From an uncultured Spirochaetota bacterium (GTDB lineage Bacteria > Spirochaetota > Spirochaetia > SZUA-6 > Fen-1364), in contig CAWAHW010000006.1 of the NCBI GenBank assembly GCA_963781885.1, positions 288,001 through 352,000 on the forward strand: DNA of 64,000 bases. Reading direction: 5' to 3'. Under the pieces are notes generated by a model. That model was not told where the DNA came from. It did not search any database and saw only the letters and a list, made by a program, of their open reading frames with translations. How positions within the stretch are numbered: position 1 is the stretch's first letter; every line of letters begins with the position of its first letter. Made by a program: the position numbers and the translations under genes. Positions 61,150 through 64,000 of the stretch are shown here, piece after piece.

Positions 61150-61938
61150 TCAGTGCCGATCGCCCAGGATGAATCCCCCCAGACCGCCCAGGATTGAGCC
61201 CTCGTCCTTGCCGCCGGGCCGAAGCGATGCATTCTGCATCACCCGGTGCGCCAGCCGGGAAAAGGGCAGGCTCTGCAGGTAGACCAACCCGGTCCCGCTC
61301 AAGGACGCCAGGAAAAGGCCTTCCCCTCCGAAAAGCATCGACTTGAGATTGCCCGCCTGCGTGATGTCGTAGGAGATGCCGTCGGTGAACCCGACCAGGC
61401 ATCCCGTGTCCACCAGGAGACGTCCGCCGGTGAGCTCCTTTCGCACCACCATGCCGCCGGCGTGGAGAAAGGCCGTGCCGCGCCCGCGCAGGCGCTCCAG
61501 GACATAGCCCTCACCGCCGAAGATGCCCACGCCGACATTCTTCGTGAAAGTGATGTCCAGCTCGGTGCCTTTTGACGCGCAGAGGAAAGAGCTCTTCTGG
61601 CAGGTGAATTGCGCCCCGAGCATGCCCAGATCCAGCGGTATGATCTTGCCCGGGTAAGGCGCGGCGAATGCGACCGTCCGCGCGGAGCTCGTGTCGTTCC
61701 TGAAATGGGTAAGGAAAAGCGACACCCCGGCGATGACGCGCTTGCCGGCGCCCCGTGCCTGCTCCCAGAAATCGCCCGGCGGCCGCGAGCCGTCGCCCAT
61801 CACCGATTCATAGGAGATGCCGTCGTCCATGTAGTTCATTGCGCCGGCTTCCGCGATCACGGTCTGTCCGGGAGAAAGCTCTATCTCGACGATCTGCATG
61901 TCGTCGCCGAGTATCTTGTACGCGATATCGTCTGCCAT
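61150..61938 (-). CDS. TIGR00266/AIM24 family protein
   Basis: GDDMQ.VEIEL.PG..VIAEAGAM, FAAPYPGKI, FGGEG, VDTGC.V, LQSLPFSRLA. Confidence 0.92.
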   Translation of the reverse strand: MADDIAYKILGDDMQIVEIELSPGQTVIAEAGAMNYMDDGISYESVMGDGSRPPGDFWEQARGAGKRVIAGVSLFLTHFRNDTSSARTVAFAAPYPGKIIPLDLGMLGAQFTCQKSSFLCASKGTELDITFTKNVGVGIFGGEGYVLERLRGRGTAFLHAGGMVVRKELTGGRLLVDTGCLVGFTDGISYDITQAGNLKSMLFGGEGLFLASLSGTGLVYLQSLPFSRLAHRVMQNASLRPGGKDEGSILGGLGGFILGDRH

Positions 61939-61987
61939 GCGCGGATGCTCCCCCATGCCCGGGCGCGCTGTCAAGGACGCGCCGCCT

Positions 61988-63178
61988 TCAACCGATGCGC
62001 GGCGGCCTGAATCTCACCTCCACGCGGCTCGTCTCCTCCAGGCCCCACCCGCTCTCGCGCGCCACGGACCCCGTCATCACGATGAGGTCTCCCCTGCCCA
62101 GCGAAAAGAAAGGCTTCACGCCCGGCCCGGGACAGTCCTTGCGCGCGGAGAGCGGGAATCTTCCCAACGGACCGCAGACCAGGTAGCGGATCCGCCCGCT
62201 TTTCGACAGGAGCGGCTCCGAGACCACCCTGTAGAGACCGCCGTCGGGCGAGGAATCCGGCGGCGCGGCGGGTAGTGGCGATTCGAGGGGCGTGGCCGGC
62301 TTTCGCAGCACGAACCACGCCATCCGCAGGGTCTCCCTGCCGATGCGGGCGGCGTGCGCGAGCCTCTCCATCTCGGGCACGGGGGTCCAGTCGAACTCAC
62401 CATGGCAGGTGCCTACCGGCAGGGCAGGGCAGTCCGACTGCCAGATGCAGGGCATCTCGATCGTGAACCCCGCGCGCGCAAGCCCGTCACGGACCATGAT
62501 GGCTTCCTGCGCGGTCTTCATGAGCGCCGGCTCGACGATGAGGAGCCTGCCGCCCGGCCGGAGGCTGTCGGCGAGTCTCTGGAGGAAGGAAACGCGAAGG
62601 GCGATGCGATCCGCATGCCCCGCCCACAGCTCGTTCAGGGTATGGCCGAGCGTGATGAGCTCGAACTTGCCCGCGGGCGCGCCCGTCGTCTTCGTGGCGT
62701 CCCACGCGTGGGTCCGCAGCGAATGGCCGCGCCCCGCGGCGATCCTTCGGGCAAGAGCCAAAGCCGCGCCGCTGCGGTCGGCTGCGGTGACGCTGCGGAC
62801 GCCCGCGTCGAGAAGGGCCAGGGAGAAGGCGCCCGGCCCGGCGCCGACGTCCAGCGCGGAGGCGATCTCTGCGCCATCCCGCGGCCGCTGCATCATCTCC
62901 AGGCATAGTCGCGCCTGGGCGTAGGAGATGGGCCAGAAATGCAGGAGATAGGCGCCCAGGAGATCGGGCCGGCTGAGGTACCGCTCCCCCGCGAGGCTCC
63001 TCTCCCGCGTGAAGCCGTGGGAAAGCTCCTTGACGCGCGGGGCCACGCTCCAGATTTCCTCGCGGCTCAGGGAACGGCTTTCAGCGCCGCGGGGGGCCGC
63101 CTTCGCGCGGCCTGCACCAGACCTCCAGATGGAAACGAGGGTAGGGTAGAGGTCGGATGGGATCTCGATGCGCGACGT
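61988..63178 (-). CDS. Rsm22-like SAM-dependent methyltransferase
   Basis: AYLLHFWP.SY, LDVGAGPG, LNEL, LLIVEPAL, PC.....CP....TCH; start uncertain (GTG 63046 or upstream ACG 63178). Confidence 0.8.
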   Translation of the reverse strand, partial: TSRIEIPSDLYPTLVSIWRSGAGRAKAAPRGAESRSLSREEIWSVAPRVKELSHGFTRERSLAGERYLSRPDLLGAYLLHFWPISYAQARLCLEMMQRPRDGAEIASALDVGAGPGAFSLALLDAGVRSVTAADRSGAALALARRIAAGRGHSLRTHAWDATKTTGAPAGKFELITLGHTLNELWAGHADRIALRVSFLQRLADSLRPGGRLLIVEPALMKTAQEAIMVRDGLARAGFTIEMPCIWQSDCPALPVGTCHGEFDWTPVPEMERLAHAARIGRETLRMAWFVLRKPATPLESPLPAAPPDSSPDGGLYRVVSEPLLSKSGRIRYLVCGPLGRFPLSARKDCPGPGVKPFFSLGRGDLIVMTGSVARESGWGLEETSRVEVRFRPPRIG

Positions 63179-63419
63179 GACCCATGCATAGCCGCCGCCC
63201 CGCGTCCTGTCAAGTTGTCATGACGATGTTTCTGAAAAGGCGGCGGGAGGCAAGAAGAGTACCCTCTCCTGCGCCTGCGGAGTCAAGACGTGGACGTTGC
63301 ATCACCCTCCCCCCATGAGCCCGGGGCGGCATTCGGCGGCGCCGTGTATTCCGCGCGTCGTGCCCCCGCACGTGGGCGGACGTCCCTGAATCCGGTTGGC
63401 TGCGCGGCGGTCGTCACCG

Positions 63420-63428
63420 TGCTATAAT
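63420..63428 (+). promoter_or_regulatory. extended -10 promoter
   Basis: TGcTATAAT ending 46 nt before ATG 63475. Confidence 0.6.
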
Positions 63429-63474
63429 CAATTGGAATTGTTCTTTCAAAAATAACGAGGGAGGAGGGCTTGGC

Positions 63475-64000
63475 ATGAAGACGAATTTCGAGTTCACGCT
63501 GCGGGGAAAGGACTGGTTCGGCCCCTTTATCGGTTACTGGGTCGTCGTTCTGCTCCTGAACGCACCGACATTTGTCGCCAACCGCATGATGCAGGCCGGC
63601 AGGACCCCGAACGCGGGATACGTCGTCCTCCAGCTCGTGATCGTGGTCGCGTCCGTCATTCTGGCGGCGGTTTTCACCATCCTATTCCTCAGGATCTTTG
63701 TCCCGAAGCTCTCCGTCGGGGGAAAGGCGTTTGCCTTCAAGGGTTCCATCGGGAAGTTTATCGGTCTCAATGTCGGTGGCGCACTTTTGACCATCATCAC
63801 TCTTTCAATCTATTTCCCGTGGTACATCCGCACCATCGTCGCCTACCTTGCCTCGGAAACGACCTTTGACGGGGCAAGCCCTTCATTCGAGGGGAAAGGG
63901 GGAACGCTCTTCAAGTACTACCTGCTCTCCCTGTTGGTTCCCATCGTCGTGCTCGTCGTCATCCTGGGCATCATATTCGGCGTCACCATGGCAATCGGGA
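63475..64000 (+). CDS. DUF898/YjgN-like membrane protein (partial, runs off the window)
   Basis: [10 protein letters not shown]; F.F.G...F.GL......LTIITLSIYFPWY, F.GKGG. Confidence 0.8.
   Translation, partial: MKTNFEFTLRGKDWFGPFIGYWVVVLLLNAPTFVANRMMQAGRTPNAGYVVLQLVIVVASVILAAVFTILFLRIFVPKLSVGGKAFAFKGSIGKFIGLNVGGALLTIITLSIYFPWYIRTIVAYLASETTFDGASPSFEGKGGTLFKYYLLSLLVPIVVLVVILGIIFGVTMAIG

Overview
GC-rich bacterial chromosome segment, probably from a free-living Spirochaetia organism. That is an inference from spirochaete-type lipoboxes and a Treponema/Borrelia-style LysM protein. Housekeeping and metabolic content: dapL; a tandem glycine riboswitch with gcvT-H-PA-PB; a Crp/Fnr-CoA-disulfide reductase-rhodanese module; a YesM/YesN two-component system with a ytfQRT-yjfF sugar ABC transporter; long-form rarA; preTA-hydA pyrimidine reduction; cydDC/cydAB; ettA; udk; a PPi-type phosphofructokinase. 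The accessory region (about 10-21.6 kb) encodes envelope proteins: a beta-barrel/transglutaminase-like/TPR fusion coupled to an NHL-repeat lipoprotein, orphan lipoproteins, a FecR-domain protein, and a recently amplified 7-repeat lipoprotein opposite a LuxR regulator. I found no integrase, transposase, reverse transcriptase, cas gene, rRNA or tRNA. Best leads: (1) the barrel-transglutaminase-TPR/lipoprotein cluster, (2) a 65-aa protein with a sigma54 promoter and enhancer-like sites, (3) the 7-blade repeat lipoprotein, (4) widespread leaderless gene architecture plus candidate CTG and ACG starts. Two genes carry +1 frameshifts that look like sequencing errors. All product calls come from recognising motifs by eye; no database searches were run.
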